Below are positions 1 to 8,416 of a stretch of DNA of 61,064 bases, piece after piece. The notes below the pieces were generated by a model, which did no database searches, had not been told where the DNA came from, and saw only the letters and a program-made list of their open reading frames with translations. A program made the position numbers and the translations under genes. Source of the DNA: an uncultured Halobacteria archaeon (lineage in GTDB: Archaea; Halobacteriota; Syntropharchaeia; Alkanophagales; Methanospirareceae); NCBI GenBank assembly GCA_964400255.1, contig CAYNTR010000001.1, forward strand, positions 1 to 61,064, written 5' to 3'. Position 1 is the stretch's first letter. Each line of letters opens with the position of its first letter.

Positions 1-380
1 ATCCACGAATTAAACCGTTCAACTCCCCCTCTGCAGCGGTATGATACCTCATCAAACCGAAACGGCCTTCCTCGCTTTGGTTGCTTCCTATTCCTCGAAT
101 TGATCGGAATGTTAGCCGTGATACCCCTCTTCCTCAGGTATTGCCGAATTGCATCTGTATCATACGCCGGGTCTGCGTTGATTTCCCAGGGTCTTGTCTT
201 TGACCTGCCCCTCATCCCTCGCAGCTCTATTCCATCGGCCAGATCGGTAAAATACCGACTATCGTGCTCATTCCCCGCACTGATCGCCACACTCAGCGGT
301 AAACCTTCTTTGCTGACCGCTGCATGGATCTTTGTGCCTTTCTTTTTCTTATGTCCGTCGTATCCGACGCACTCGCCCCT
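1..380 (-). CDS. IS5-family transposase orfB (DDE domain), partial, reached by a -1 shift from orfA
   Basis: My own translation of the -1 frame from AGG at 380-378 gives RGECVGYDGHKKKKGTKIHAAVSKEGLPLSVAISAGNEHDS...INADPAYDTDAIRQYLRKRGITANIP...FDEVSYRCRGGVERFNSW. The frame is open to nt 1. Confidence 0.65.
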
Positions 381-700
381 TTTTTGGCCACGACCGTCTT
401 ACTATCGATGGATACCGACTCTATCGAGATTCTAACTGCTCTATACACCTCGTTTTTCAATTGCTTCATAATTCTGCTCCATACTCCTAGCTCCCCCCAG
501 TTCTTGAGTCGTCTCCATGCGGTTACTGAAGATCCATAAACTCGTGGCATATCGGCCCATTTACAGCCAGTTATAAGCACGTAGCGAATTCCATTGATCG
601 TTCTTCTGTCATCTGCCCGCGGTCTGCCCGTGGGAGCTGGCTCTGGCAGATTAGGGCTGATCAAATTCCATTCCTCTTCTGATAATTCCTCGAATTTCAT
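293..700 (-). CDS. IS5-family transposase orfA (N-terminal HTH part)
   Basis: ATG at 700. RTINGIRYVLITGCKWADMPRVYGS..TAWRRLKNW is the typical IS5/DUF4096 N-terminal region. After SIDSKTVVAKKG the 0 frame decays into a basic, non-homologous tail. Confidence 0.75.
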   Translation of the reverse strand: MKFEELSEEEWNLISPNLPEPAPTGRPRADDRRTINGIRYVLITGCKWADMPRVYGSSVTAWRRLKNWGELGVWSRIMKQLKNEVYRAVRISIESVSIDSKTVVAKKGASASDTTDIRKRKAQRSMQRSAKKVYR

Positions 701-989
701 TATACGCCATCAACTACAATTGATTTGTTATACGGGGGCATATAAGGGTTTTGAAATAGGCTCTTAGTTAATGATATTATAACGTAAACAATAAAACGCA
801 CAGCCTCTCTTATAGCCGCTTCCTTAAAGCGGCTTTGCACTTATATTCACTTTTGCACTTCTATTCATGATTCTGCACCTTTATTCATCCAAAGTTAGTA
901 TTTTAGGTGCAAAGCCCTCAATAGTAAAACTTTATAGAGCCTAAGATTCGAAAAGGGTAGATGAGTGGAATCGCAATATCCAATATCCT

Positions 990-1772
990 TCATCCACTTC
1001 TCTTTTCAGTTATCTCTTCCTCATACTCAGCGGCTATTTTTTCAGCTATAGCTTCCCCGTAAGATTCAGCCGCTAGTTTCTGACCGTGCTCTTTCCCAAA
1101 TTTCTTAAAGTATATTCTGGCATATTCCTCGTGAATTTTTAAAATTTCTTCTGAAGAAAATCCCTGATTACGATGTATCTGATCCATCATCAGTACTTGT
1201 AATTCTTTGTATTTTTGGTCAAACCATTCATGAGTGGCAACCACACTATTAAATTCATCATCGGTGACATCAAGATCAGAAAATTTCTTTGGATGCATAA
1301 GTCGATTACGTAGCTTTATTGATTGCTTCAAAGAGTTCCACCCCGATTCATGGACCGGAAGTGTATAGGTAAGTCCGACGGATTTGGCATAAATGGAGAA
1401 AGCGAATTTAATATTCTTCTCCAATTTTAGATAGTTCGGCCGGATAATTGGTTCCCCCTTGTCATTTAGATCGTATAACTCCTCAGCTATTAAGGCTAAC
1501 TCAGCCGCCGATAACTTCTCAATACTATTCCGCGCTAACTGCTTCATAACGTAAATTGTACCCTCGATCATCGCAAATACTGCCCGGACGTATTGTCGTA
1601 TCGCGTACTCCTTTACATCAGTCTCAACATGCGAACGACTTATTATTGCATCTATCCCAAGTTCGGCATAGAGTATCATAAGTTTTTTAACTCCCTGCCC
1701 ATCTTCGGAGTTAAACCATTCGTCGAATTCTTCTCGAGGATCCCGATTGCGACGGTGATTTTGTGGTGCCAT
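990..1772 (-). CDS. Hypothetical helical protein with a HEPN-like RNxxxH motif
   Basis: 260-aa ORF with ATG start. IKLRNRLMHPKKF fits the Rx4-6H HEPN signature. It has an acidic C-terminal tail. I recognise no other family. Confidence 0.45.
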   Translation of the reverse strand: MAPQNHRRNRDPREEFDEWFNSEDGQGVKKLMILYAELGIDAIISRSHVETDVKEYAIRQYVRAVFAMIEGTIYVMKQLARNSIEKLSAAELALIAEELYDLNDKGEPIIRPNYLKLEKNIKFAFSIYAKSVGLTYTLPVHESGWNSLKQSIKLRNRLMHPKKFSDLDVTDDEFNSVVATHEWFDQKYKELQVLMMDQIHRNQGFSSEEILKIHEEYARIYFKKFGKEHGQKLAAESYGEAIAEKIAAEYEEEITEKRSG

Positions 1773-2102
1773 ATCATCTAGGTCAGTTTAATTGAACCAT
1801 AAACCACTCACTATTAAAAATTACTGTTCATTATTTTGTTTGATATCTCAGGGTTCGATTACTATATAAAGAAGAAAACTCCTTTTTCACCGCTTTTTTT
1901 CGTAGACCCGTTGGTTATTCGTTTTCGGCACTTTTTGTGGACAAGGTTATGGGTAAAAGTGCGATGAGATAAAAGCGATAACTATTTATGAGGATTTTAA
2001 TTTCCTTCCCTTTTCTGTTCCATCCTCCATATATTTTTTGGTGGTTATTCGACGTTTTTGGCTTTTTCAAAAACCTCTATACTTAACCGTAAAATTTCAC
2101 TT

Positions 2103-3035
2103 TCACTCAATCACCGTCCCCGCCCGCCCCGCAAGCGCCTCAACGACAAATTCGGGCCTACAGACAATTGCTCGATCACCGCCGTTTTCGACGAACTCGA
2201 CCGCCGCTTCTATCTTGGGGCCCATACTCCCGGGCGGAAACTGCCCCTCGCTCAAGTACTGTTGGGCTTCAGCCAGGCTCAGCCGATCCAGGTCGACCTG
2301 CTGCGGCGAATTATAGTTCAGTGCTACCCGCTCCACAGTTGTCAGGAACATGAGCACCTCGGCCTTTATCTCGACCGCCAGCAGGCTGGAAGCTAGGTCT
2401 TTATCGATCACCGCATCCACACCGTTCAGCGCACCACCGTTCTCTTCTGCGACCGGGACGCCGCCGCCGCCACATGCTACCACAATTGACCCAGCCTGTA
2501 CGAGTTCTTTTATGATATCAGTCTCGATGATCCTGATCGGTCGGGGTGAGGGCACCACACGCCGCCAGCCGCGTCCGCTGTCCTCAACTATGGCATGACC
2601 AAGGCGTTCCAGCTCCGCGGCCCGTTCCCTGGTATAAAATGCGCCGACCGGTTTGGTCGGATTCTGCATGGCCGGGTCATCACGATTCACAAGCACCTGC
2701 GTCATCACGGCTGCCACGCAGGTATCAATGCCATGCTCCTTTAACTGGTTTATGAGGCTCTGGGCGATCATGTACCCCATACTGCCCTGTGACTGGGCGA
2801 CATCCACATGTAACGGGGCAGTCGGGACCTTACCCGCGGCTGCTTCTACCTGGATCATGATAAACCCCACCTGGGGGCCGTTCCCGTGGGTCAGCACCAC
2901 CTGGTGCCCTGCTCTGATCAGATGCGCGATATAGCCCATACTCTCATAGGTGTTGCGGAACTGCTGAGCGAAGGTGCCCTGCTCGCCCTTTTTAATTATT
3001 GCATTGCCACCAAGCGCAGCCACTATCAGAGTCAT
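2103..3035 (-). CDS. arcC: Carbamate kinase
   Basis: The N-terminus LIVAALGGNAI...LTHGNGPQVG and the later GGGGVPV and PKIEAA motifs are classic for the carbamate kinase / amino-acid kinase fold. Its ATG directly follows the stop of the upstream gene. Confidence 0.85.
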   Translation of the reverse strand: MTLIVAALGGNAIIKKGEQGTFAQQFRNTYESMGYIAHLIRAGHQVVLTHGNGPQVGFIMIQVEAAAGKVPTAPLHVDVAQSQGSMGYMIAQSLINQLKEHGIDTCVAAVMTQVLVNRDDPAMQNPTKPVGAFYTRERAAELERLGHAIVEDSGRGWRRVVPSPRPIRIIETDIIKELVQAGSIVVACGGGGVPVAEENGGALNGVDAVIDKDLASSLLAVEIKAEVLMFLTTVERVALNYNSPQQVDLDRLSLAEAQQYLSEGQFPPGSMGPKIEAAVEFVENGGDRAIVCRPEFVVEALAGRAGTVIE

Positions 3036-4367
3036 TCATACCTTCACCTGCGCTAAAAACGCATCAACCACCTCTTCCAGAGTTGCATCGCCGATCTCCT
3101 TAATACTGTACCGCACCCGTGTTGCAGGTTTATTGATCGTAATAACACGCGTCAGGTCAATAGGCGTGCCGATAACCACCGCATCGCAATCGGCTGCGTT
3201 GATGGTCTGCTCCAGGTCATGGATCTGCTCCTCGCTGTACCCCATAGCAGGCAGCAGCGGCCCGATATCAGGATACTCGCTGAAGGTTTCCGTGATCGTG
3301 CCGGTGGTAAACGGACGTGGGTCAACGATCTCTTTTGCGCCTGCCTTACGAGCCGCAATGAGTCCTGCACCGTACTTCATGCCGCCGTGTGTCAGTGTGG
3401 GCCCGTCCTCGACCACGAGCACCCGCTTGCCCTTGATAAGCTCAGGGTGCTCGACGGTGATCGGAGATGCCGAATCAATGATCTTTGCATCCGGATTTAC
3501 TTTCATTATATTCCTGCGTACCAGCTCGATCTTTTCCAGTTCCGCGGTATCCTGCTTATTGATCACGACCACATCAGCCATTCGTGCATTGATCTCACCC
3601 GGGTAGTACGTCAATTCATCTCCGGCACGGTGCGGATCTGCAACCACGATGTTCAGATCGGATTTGAAGAAGGAGAAATCGTTATTGCCACCGTCCCAGA
3701 TGATAATATCCGCTTCGGTTTCCGCCTGCCGCAGGATCTTCTCATAGTCCACACCGGCATAGACGGTACAGCCTGCATCGATATGCGTTTCATATTCTTC
3801 CCGCTCCTCTATCGTGCACCCCATACGCTCAATGTCCTCATAAGATGAGAACCGCTGTACCGCTTGCTGGGCAAGGTTGCCGTAGGGCATGGGATGTCGT
3901 ACTACTACCACGGTCTTGTTGCGCTGACGCAGGAGCTGACAGAGCTTTTTACTTACCGAGGTCTTACCACTGCCGGTACGCACCGCACAGACGCTGATCA
4001 CAGGCACGCGGCTTCGCAGCATGGTCGCATGCGGGCCCAGCATGATAAAATCCGCACCCGCGGCATTTACTTCCGCTCCTCTTGTCATAACATATTCATA
4101 AGGCACATCACTGTACGCGAAGACGACACGATCAATCGCATGCTCGTTTATCAGACTGACCAGCTCTTCTTCAGGGAATATGGGTATACCGTCCGGGTAC
4201 AAGCCGCCAGCCAGTTCTGCAGGATACGTTCTGCCTTCTATATCAGGTATCTGGGTCGCGGTGAATGCAACGACACGGTATGCAGGATTATCTCTGAAAT
4301 AAACGTTAAAGTTGTGAAAGTCCCGGCCCGCTGCGCCCATAATGATAACTCTTTTTGGGACGTTCAT
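3036..4367 (-). CDS. COG2403-type P-loop protein (predicted GTPase / cyclic 2,3-diphosphoglycerate synthetase-like)
   Basis: 443 aa. Starts VIIMGAAGRDFHNFN and has a Walker A-like RTGSGKTS. Length and layout fit the COG2403 family. Directly abuts arcC. Confidence 0.55.
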   Translation of the reverse strand: MNVPKRVIIMGAAGRDFHNFNVYFRDNPAYRVVAFTATQIPDIEGRTYPAELAGGLYPDGIPIFPEEELVSLINEHAIDRVVFAYSDVPYEYVMTRGAEVNAAGADFIMLGPHATMLRSRVPVISVCAVRTGSGKTSVSKKLCQLLRQRNKTVVVVRHPMPYGNLAQQAVQRFSSYEDIERMGCTIEEREEYETHIDAGCTVYAGVDYEKILRQAETEADIIIWDGGNNDFSFFKSDLNIVVADPHRAGDELTYYPGEINARMADVVVINKQDTAELEKIELVRRNIMKVNPDAKIIDSASPITVEHPELIKGKRVLVVEDGPTLTHGGMKYGAGLIAARKAGAKEIVDPRPFTTGTITETFSEYPDIGPLLPAMGYSEEQIHDLEQTINAADCDAVVIGTPIDLTRVITINKPATRVRYSIKEIGDATLEEVVDAFLAQVKV

Positions 4368-4433
4368 GGTCTTGTTTATTGCGAATACCTCCGTGGATAT
4401 ATATGCAGGCTAAATGAATAAATCCCTTTACTC
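4324..4433. repeat. Direct repeat copy 1 (promoter plus first ~14 codons of the COG2403 gene)
   Basis: About 90% identical by eye to 5290-5399, with roughly 10 differences over ~110 nt. Confidence 0.9.
4395..4406 (-). promoter_or_regulatory. Putative TATA box of the COG2403/arcC operon
   Basis: The minus strand reads GCATATATATCC about 30-40 nt upstream of the ATG at 4367. The element lies inside the duplicated segment. Confidence 0.3.
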
Positions 4434-4608
4434 TGTTAGATTTTTCCGGATGATTTTTTGGGAACGATGCGCAGGCACTGGCGAATCTGTGGGAGTGGGG
4501 TGAGGATACTGGGACAAGACTGCACAAGAATGGGTGAAAAAGTTTACTTAGAAAATGGTGCATGAAAGTTTGATGGTACCGTCTTGCGTACAGGAGAGTT
4601 GGTTCCAA

Positions 4609-4863
4609 TCACTTATAAATTCGCGGCCTTTTGTCTATTTTGATGATACCTATTAACTTGTTCTTATAATCGACCTCGTAGAGTATCCTGTAATCCCCAA
4701 CTCGTACCCGGAACAAACCGGGAGAGCCTTCGACTCTCTTTGTATCGTGAATAATTGGATCTTCTCTGAGTTTTTCTATTTTGTCCAGTATCCTTGTGGC
4801 GAGGACTTCATCGGCTTTCTTGAGAAATCTCTTTGATCGGTTGGAGTAGCATATGGTAAACAT
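4609..4863 (-). CDS. relE: RelE/ParE-superfamily toxin
   Basis: 84 aa. KRFLKKADEVLATRILDKIEKL..DP and GDYRILYEVDYKNKLIGIIKIDKRP are typical of RelE/StbE. The ATG at 4863 overlaps the antitoxin TGA by 1 nt; the track start at 4866 is a GTG. Confidence 0.85.
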   Translation of the reverse strand: MFTICYSNRSKRFLKKADEVLATRILDKIEKLREDPIIHDTKRVEGSPGLFRVRVGDYRILYEVDYKNKLIGIIKIDKRPRIYK

Positions 4864-5063
4864 CACAATCCCAGCTCTTTTTTGAGTGATTCGTGCGATG
4901 TTAGAGTTCCCTCAGATTTCTCTCTCTTATAATCTTGCAGTGCTTTATAGTCGTCTTCCGTCATGATGCTGTCAATGTCAACCATATGTTCTTTTATCTC
5001 CTTTAATTCCTTCTTCAGAATTTCCAGGTCTTTGTGTATGCGCTCCAAGGTGACGTCTTCCAT
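4863..5063 (-). CDS. Putative antitoxin of the RelE pair
   Basis: 66-aa helical, acidic ORF directly upstream of the toxin and overlapping it. The assignment rests on position and size. Confidence 0.6.
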   Translation of the reverse strand: MEDVTLERIHKDLEILKKELKEIKEHMVDIDSIMTEDDYKALQDYKREKSEGTLTSHESLKKELGL

Positions 5064-5289
5064 CTGTGCTCACCGCTTTTCACCAACCTTTTTAGCGGTT
5101 CCCCTCTTAGTTGTAGTACAGCTTTTTCTACCTTTAAACTTTGCTTTCGCCGAGAACCCGGCATTGACAACGCTATCGTGGGTAGAAAAGCGTCGTCAGG
5201 ACTAGATAGAAGCTGATGGACTGTAATCACCGGTCTACATGGTGGGAATGACGGCGTAAGCAGAGCAGCGGGCGGGAGTTGAGAAGAAG

Positions 5290-5399
5290 CGGCCCGCTGC
5301 GCCCATAATAATAACATTTTTGGGAGCGTTCATGGTCTTAGTCATTGCGAATACCTCCGTGGATATATGTGCAGGCTAAATGAATAAATCCCTTTGCTC
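5290..5399. repeat. Direct repeat copy 2 (duplicated promoter plus 14-codon gene stub)
   Basis: The minus strand reads ATGAACGCTCCCAAAAATGTTATTATTATGGGCGCAGCGGGCC (MNAPKNVIIMGAAG), compared with MNVPKRVIIMGAAG of the intact gene. Similarity stops after GAAGR. Confidence 0.9.
5361..5372 (-). promoter_or_regulatory. Duplicated TATA-like element now facing the TA cassette
   Basis: GCACATATATCC on the minus strand is the counterpart of 4395-4406. Confidence 0.25.
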
Positions 5400-5592
5400 C
5401 GGCTCGATGAGTTAGTAACGGTGAGTGAAATTCGCATTTTTCCGTTAAGCTGGTGTAATCAACGCCATTTATGGTTTGATGCCTCGTGCAAGGACATGTA
5501 AGTGGATTACTTTGGCATGTGTACTGAGGGAATGTTAACAGGGTGTGTAAATTCATGGGCATGATAGAGAGAATTTGATGACCACTAACGTG

Positions 5593-6042
5593 TTATGATT
5601 TAAGATTTGCATGAATTTGGTTATATTTTTGAATAACGCTTTTACAAGTTTCCTCAAATCCATCTTTAAACTTAAAATCGTTATTCCTATTAAATAAATA
5701 ATAAGCAAAAATTTCACAAAAAATTTCTTTTTCTTCATCGACATTAATGCGGTAAAAGGGAACATATTTATCGCCCCTTAGTAATTCTTGTAGTTTTAAT
5801 ATGTCTGTACCAAGGTTTAGATCCCACATGAAACCATCTTCATAAATAGCATGACAATACTCATGTAGTATATTCAACACTAGTCTATCAATGTTCTTAC
5901 CAATGAGATGAGATTTAATAAATATTTTAACTACTCCCTTTTCTGATGATTCCAACTGGTACATTGCAGCAGTTCTGAAATAAATGTCCTTTTTATCTTC
6001 TAAATATACTTCAAATGGAACAATCAATCGATTATCTTTCAA
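5593..6042 (-). CDS. Hypothetical HExxH protein (putative metallopeptidase), possibly a pseudogene
   Basis: Carries the LNILHEYCHAIY motif and is very AT-rich. The track start is a TTG. The same frame is open upstream to an ATG at 6192 apart from one TAA at 6073-6075. Confidence 0.4.
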   Translation of the reverse strand: MKDNRLIVPFEVYLEDKKDIYFRTAAMYQLESSEKGVVKIFIKSHLIGKNIDRLVLNILHEYCHAIYEDGFMWDLNLGTDILKLQELLRGDKYVPFYRINVDEEKEIFCEIFAYYLFNRNNDFKFKDGFEETCKSVIQKYNQIHANLKS

Positions 6043-6505
6043 TATAGCTTCTGCCTGATTTTTTGCTTGATTTTATATGTTACTTTTTTGTTTCTGTGAC
6101 ATGAATTTTGAAATGAGGTAAAATTTAATAGCAGTCAACCAATCTCTTTTATGTTTTTTGAAATCATTTATATTTCTCCAAAATTTTTTCATATTTCTTC
6201 AGTTGTATCACAAATGTTTCCCTTTAAAAACTTTGTTCTGAAAAAACGGGGGTTTAAAGTAGATAAGATACCTTTGATGTCAGAGAATTTTATTTTTAAA
6301 AAGCTGTTTCGCCCGTACTCTCAAATTTCAACGTCCCCATCGTCATCACAAAGGTAAGAGTGAATACTCTGAGCTATAAAACGTTGTGGGAGCCTTCAAA
6401 TCCCTAACTGACTTATTCCACTCAGGTGGGGCGTTTCTTACCGCTCTTCTCTCATGATCTACTACATCGACTATTTCACACTCATAACCGGAGAATAAGC
6501 ACTAT

Positions 6506-7081
6506 TCACTTTCTCTCCCTATCCAATTCATAGTGCAGCACGGTGATGCATTGCGAGGCGAGATACGAGGTCGTGCCGAGTGATACTTTCTCGTGCTCAA
6601 AGCGCTCAACGAACTTTTCCTCTTTCCGTGGCAGGCCGATGTGGTCTCCAAGTACAAATACAGAATCCTCCTTGAGTTCCACGTCACGTATATCCCTACC
6701 TTTCTCATGTAAGAGGTAAAAGAAGGCTCCTTCCGCTGCTAACTCCTCGATCAGCTGCTGAAAACTGATTTTACGGACGTTTATTCCCTGATTTCTTTTC
6801 TCACGCACTAATGATTTCTGTATCCACGAAGCTATGTTCCGTTCATCTGGTAATACGTCCCTCAATGAATCACCATAAAAGGAAATAACCACCGGTGGAT
6901 GAGGTCGACCGTAAGCGACGACGTGAATGCAGGAATCGCGTCTCAATGCATGACTTATCCAGAGCGCACTGGTTATACAGCGCGCAACAAGGTCCATTCT
7001 ACCACCACTGCCTGGCAGATCGTCCAGGGAGAAATTCGGACTCGTTACTGCTTTTCTCGCATACAGAATGAATTGTCTCAT
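6506..7081 (-). CDS. trmY: tRNA (pseudouridine54-N1)-methyltransferase TrmY (SPOUT, DUF358)
   Basis: FSLDDLPGSGGRMDLVARCITSAL and the ~190-aa length match the TrmY family. Confidence 0.8.
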   Translation of the reverse strand: MRQFILYARKAVTSPNFSLDDLPGSGGRMDLVARCITSALWISHALRRDSCIHVVAYGRPHPPVVISFYGDSLRDVLPDERNIASWIQKSLVREKRNQGINVRKISFQQLIEELAAEGAFFYLLHEKGRDIRDVELKEDSVFVLGDHIGLPRKEEKFVERFEHEKVSLGTTSYLASQCITVLHYELDRERK

Positions 7082-7117
7082 CTTTCAGTACGAGGTTAAA
7101 AGAATTGTGCAATAAAA

Positions 7118-8416
7118 CTAACCCGAACTCAGGGGCTCGCGGTTCACGAGCTTATAGGCAACTTCTTGCGCCTTCTCCTTTAGCTCATCCTCCCCTTCTA
7201 CCTTCCGTCCCTCCATTAGGATCTCACCATCGCATATAACGGTATCAACACAACTCCCATTGGCAGAATAAACGATGTTCGAGGTCAAATTGTGGTTTGG
7301 CACAAGCTCGACCTTCCTCAAATCGAGCAGGGCAATATCGGCCAGTTTTCCTGCAGCAATAACACCGGAATTCAACCGGAACACGTGAGCTGCATGTGCG
7401 GTGGCAAGCGCAAAGGCTTCGTGTGCGGGCATGCTCGTCGGATCACCGGAAAACGCCTTATGAACCAAAGAGGCGATCTTCATCTCCTTAAACATATCGA
7501 GGTTGTTGTTTGAGGCACAGCCATCGGTTCCCAGTGCGATATTCGGGTACAAGCCTGCCCTTTTCAGCTCCTCGTAGGGCATACGCCCCGCTGCAAGCTT
7601 CATATTCGATACCGGATTGTGGACGATCTTTACGTTATGCGTTTTCATCAATTCCATTTCCTTTCTGCTGAGATGCACGCAGTGGCAGGCTATGGTTCGC
7701 GGACTCAGAAATTCCATCTCAGCCAGAAATTCCACTGGTCGCATCCCATACCTCTTCTTGCACTCTTCTACCTCCTCCTCGGTCTCAGATACGTGAATAT
7801 GAACCAGAAGATCATGCTTCTCCGAAAATTCGTTCACCCAGTAGAGGCTCTCTTGTGAGACCGTGTAGAGCGCATGCGGTCCGAGTGCAAACATGATCCT
7901 ATCCGATAATGTTTTGCTTTCTTCGTATAACGATCTGTTTCTTTGTATCTGCTCGTGTGCCTTTTCCTCGTCAAAGCCGTCGATAAAAACCGCAGATAAC
8001 AGCGCTCGGATTCCGCTCTCCGCGACTGCTCTCGCACTCCCTTTCCAGTACCAATACATATCGTTAAAAAAGGTCGTGCCCGATTTGATCATCTCCAAAC
8101 AGGCGAGTTTCGTGCCCCAATACACATCCTCTTCGGTCATCTTGGCTTCTAACGGCCATATCTTCGTCGAAAGCCATTCGTGGAGCGGCATGTCATCTGC
8201 ATAGCCCCGGAGTAAAGTCATTGCCGCATGAGTGTGCCCGTTAAAAAGACTGGGGATTGCTGCTTTTCTCTTCCCATCAATGACAAATTCCGCTTCTCTT
8301 ACCCCCGCATAACCAGTACCCGCGGCGCTTATCTCCTCTATGAGATCGCCCGCGATGTAAATATCCCGCTCCTTGCCATCCACCAGCAAGTTTGTTATCA
8401 GAATCGACCCGCTCAT
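7118..8416 (-). CDS. mtaD: Amidohydrolase: 5-methylthioadenosine/S-adenosylhomocysteine (5'-deoxyadenosine) deaminase
   Basis: Motifs NGHTHAAMTLLRGYADDMPLHEWL, VHIHVSET and LGTDG.ASNN identify an MtaD/DadD-type deaminase. ATGA overlap with the upstream gene. Confidence 0.8.
   Translation of the reverse strand: MSGSILITNLLVDGKERDIYIAGDLIEEISAAGTGYAGVREAEFVIDGKRKAAIPSLFNGHTHAAMTLLRGYADDMPLHEWLSTKIWPLEAKMTEEDVYWGTKLACLEMIKSGTTFFNDMYWYWKGSARAVAESGIRALLSAVFIDGFDEEKAHEQIQRNRSLYEESKTLSDRIMFALGPHALYTVSQESLYWVNEFSEKHDLLVHIHVSETEEEVEECKKRYGMRPVEFLAEMEFLSPRTIACHCVHLSRKEMELMKTHNVKIVHNPVSNMKLAAGRMPYEELKRAGLYPNIALGTDGCASNNNLDMFKEMKIASLVHKAFSGDPTSMPAHEAFALATAHAAHVFRLNSGVIAAGKLADIALLDLRKVELVPNHNLTSNIVYSANGSCVDTVICDGEILMEGRKVEGEDELKEKAQEVAYKLVNREPLSSG

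Larger units (their letters stand above)
1..760 (-). mobile_element. IS5-family insertion sequence (orfA/orfB type), cut by the window edge; 5' boundary approximate
   Basis: Transposase orfA (293-700) continues in the -1 frame from the A6 run at 380-385 down to nt 1. That frame encodes a DDE/YREK domain (GYDGHKKKKGTKIHAAV..NADPAYD..YRCRGGVERFNSW). No terminal inverted repeat was identified, so 760 is a guess. Confidence 0.7.

Noticed and set aside
1845-1865. tRNA T-loop-like strings: GGGTTCGATTAC at ~1851 and GGCGGTTCGATTG at ~11344.
   Set aside because: The surrounding sequence cannot form acceptor, D or anticodon stems and is AT-rich. No tRNA gene or convincing tRNA fragment is present.
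2974-3606. Long antisense ORFs inside well-supported genes. Examples: 2974-3606(+), 3219-3848(+), 9178-10026(+), 12903-13361(-), 33494-34105(+), 38611-39072(+), 46015-46620(-) and 50322-50873(+).
   Set aside because: They lie opposite genes with unmistakable family motifs. Their products are low-complexity (Ser/Pro/Arg/Cys-rich) with no recognisable motifs, which is typical of shadow ORFs.
4306-4608. ORFs 4306-4608(-) and 5338-5562(-), which share the string GFIHLAC.YIHGGIRN.
   Set aside because: The shared peptide is only the out-of-frame translation of the duplicated promoter/5'-UTR repeat. The ORFs run across non-coding spacer and have no coding features.
5015-5317. 100-aa ORF starting inside the duplicated gene stub.
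   Set aside because: It is out of frame with the MNAPKNVIIMGAAG stub, Pro/Ser/Leu-rich, and overlaps the antitoxin 5' end. It is most likely non-coding spacer.
6151-6357. 68-aa plus-strand ORF in the AT-rich islet.
   Set aside because: The product is low-complexity and Phe/Ile/Lys-rich, as expected from AT-rich DNA. It partly overlaps the minus-strand frame that continues the HExxH gene.
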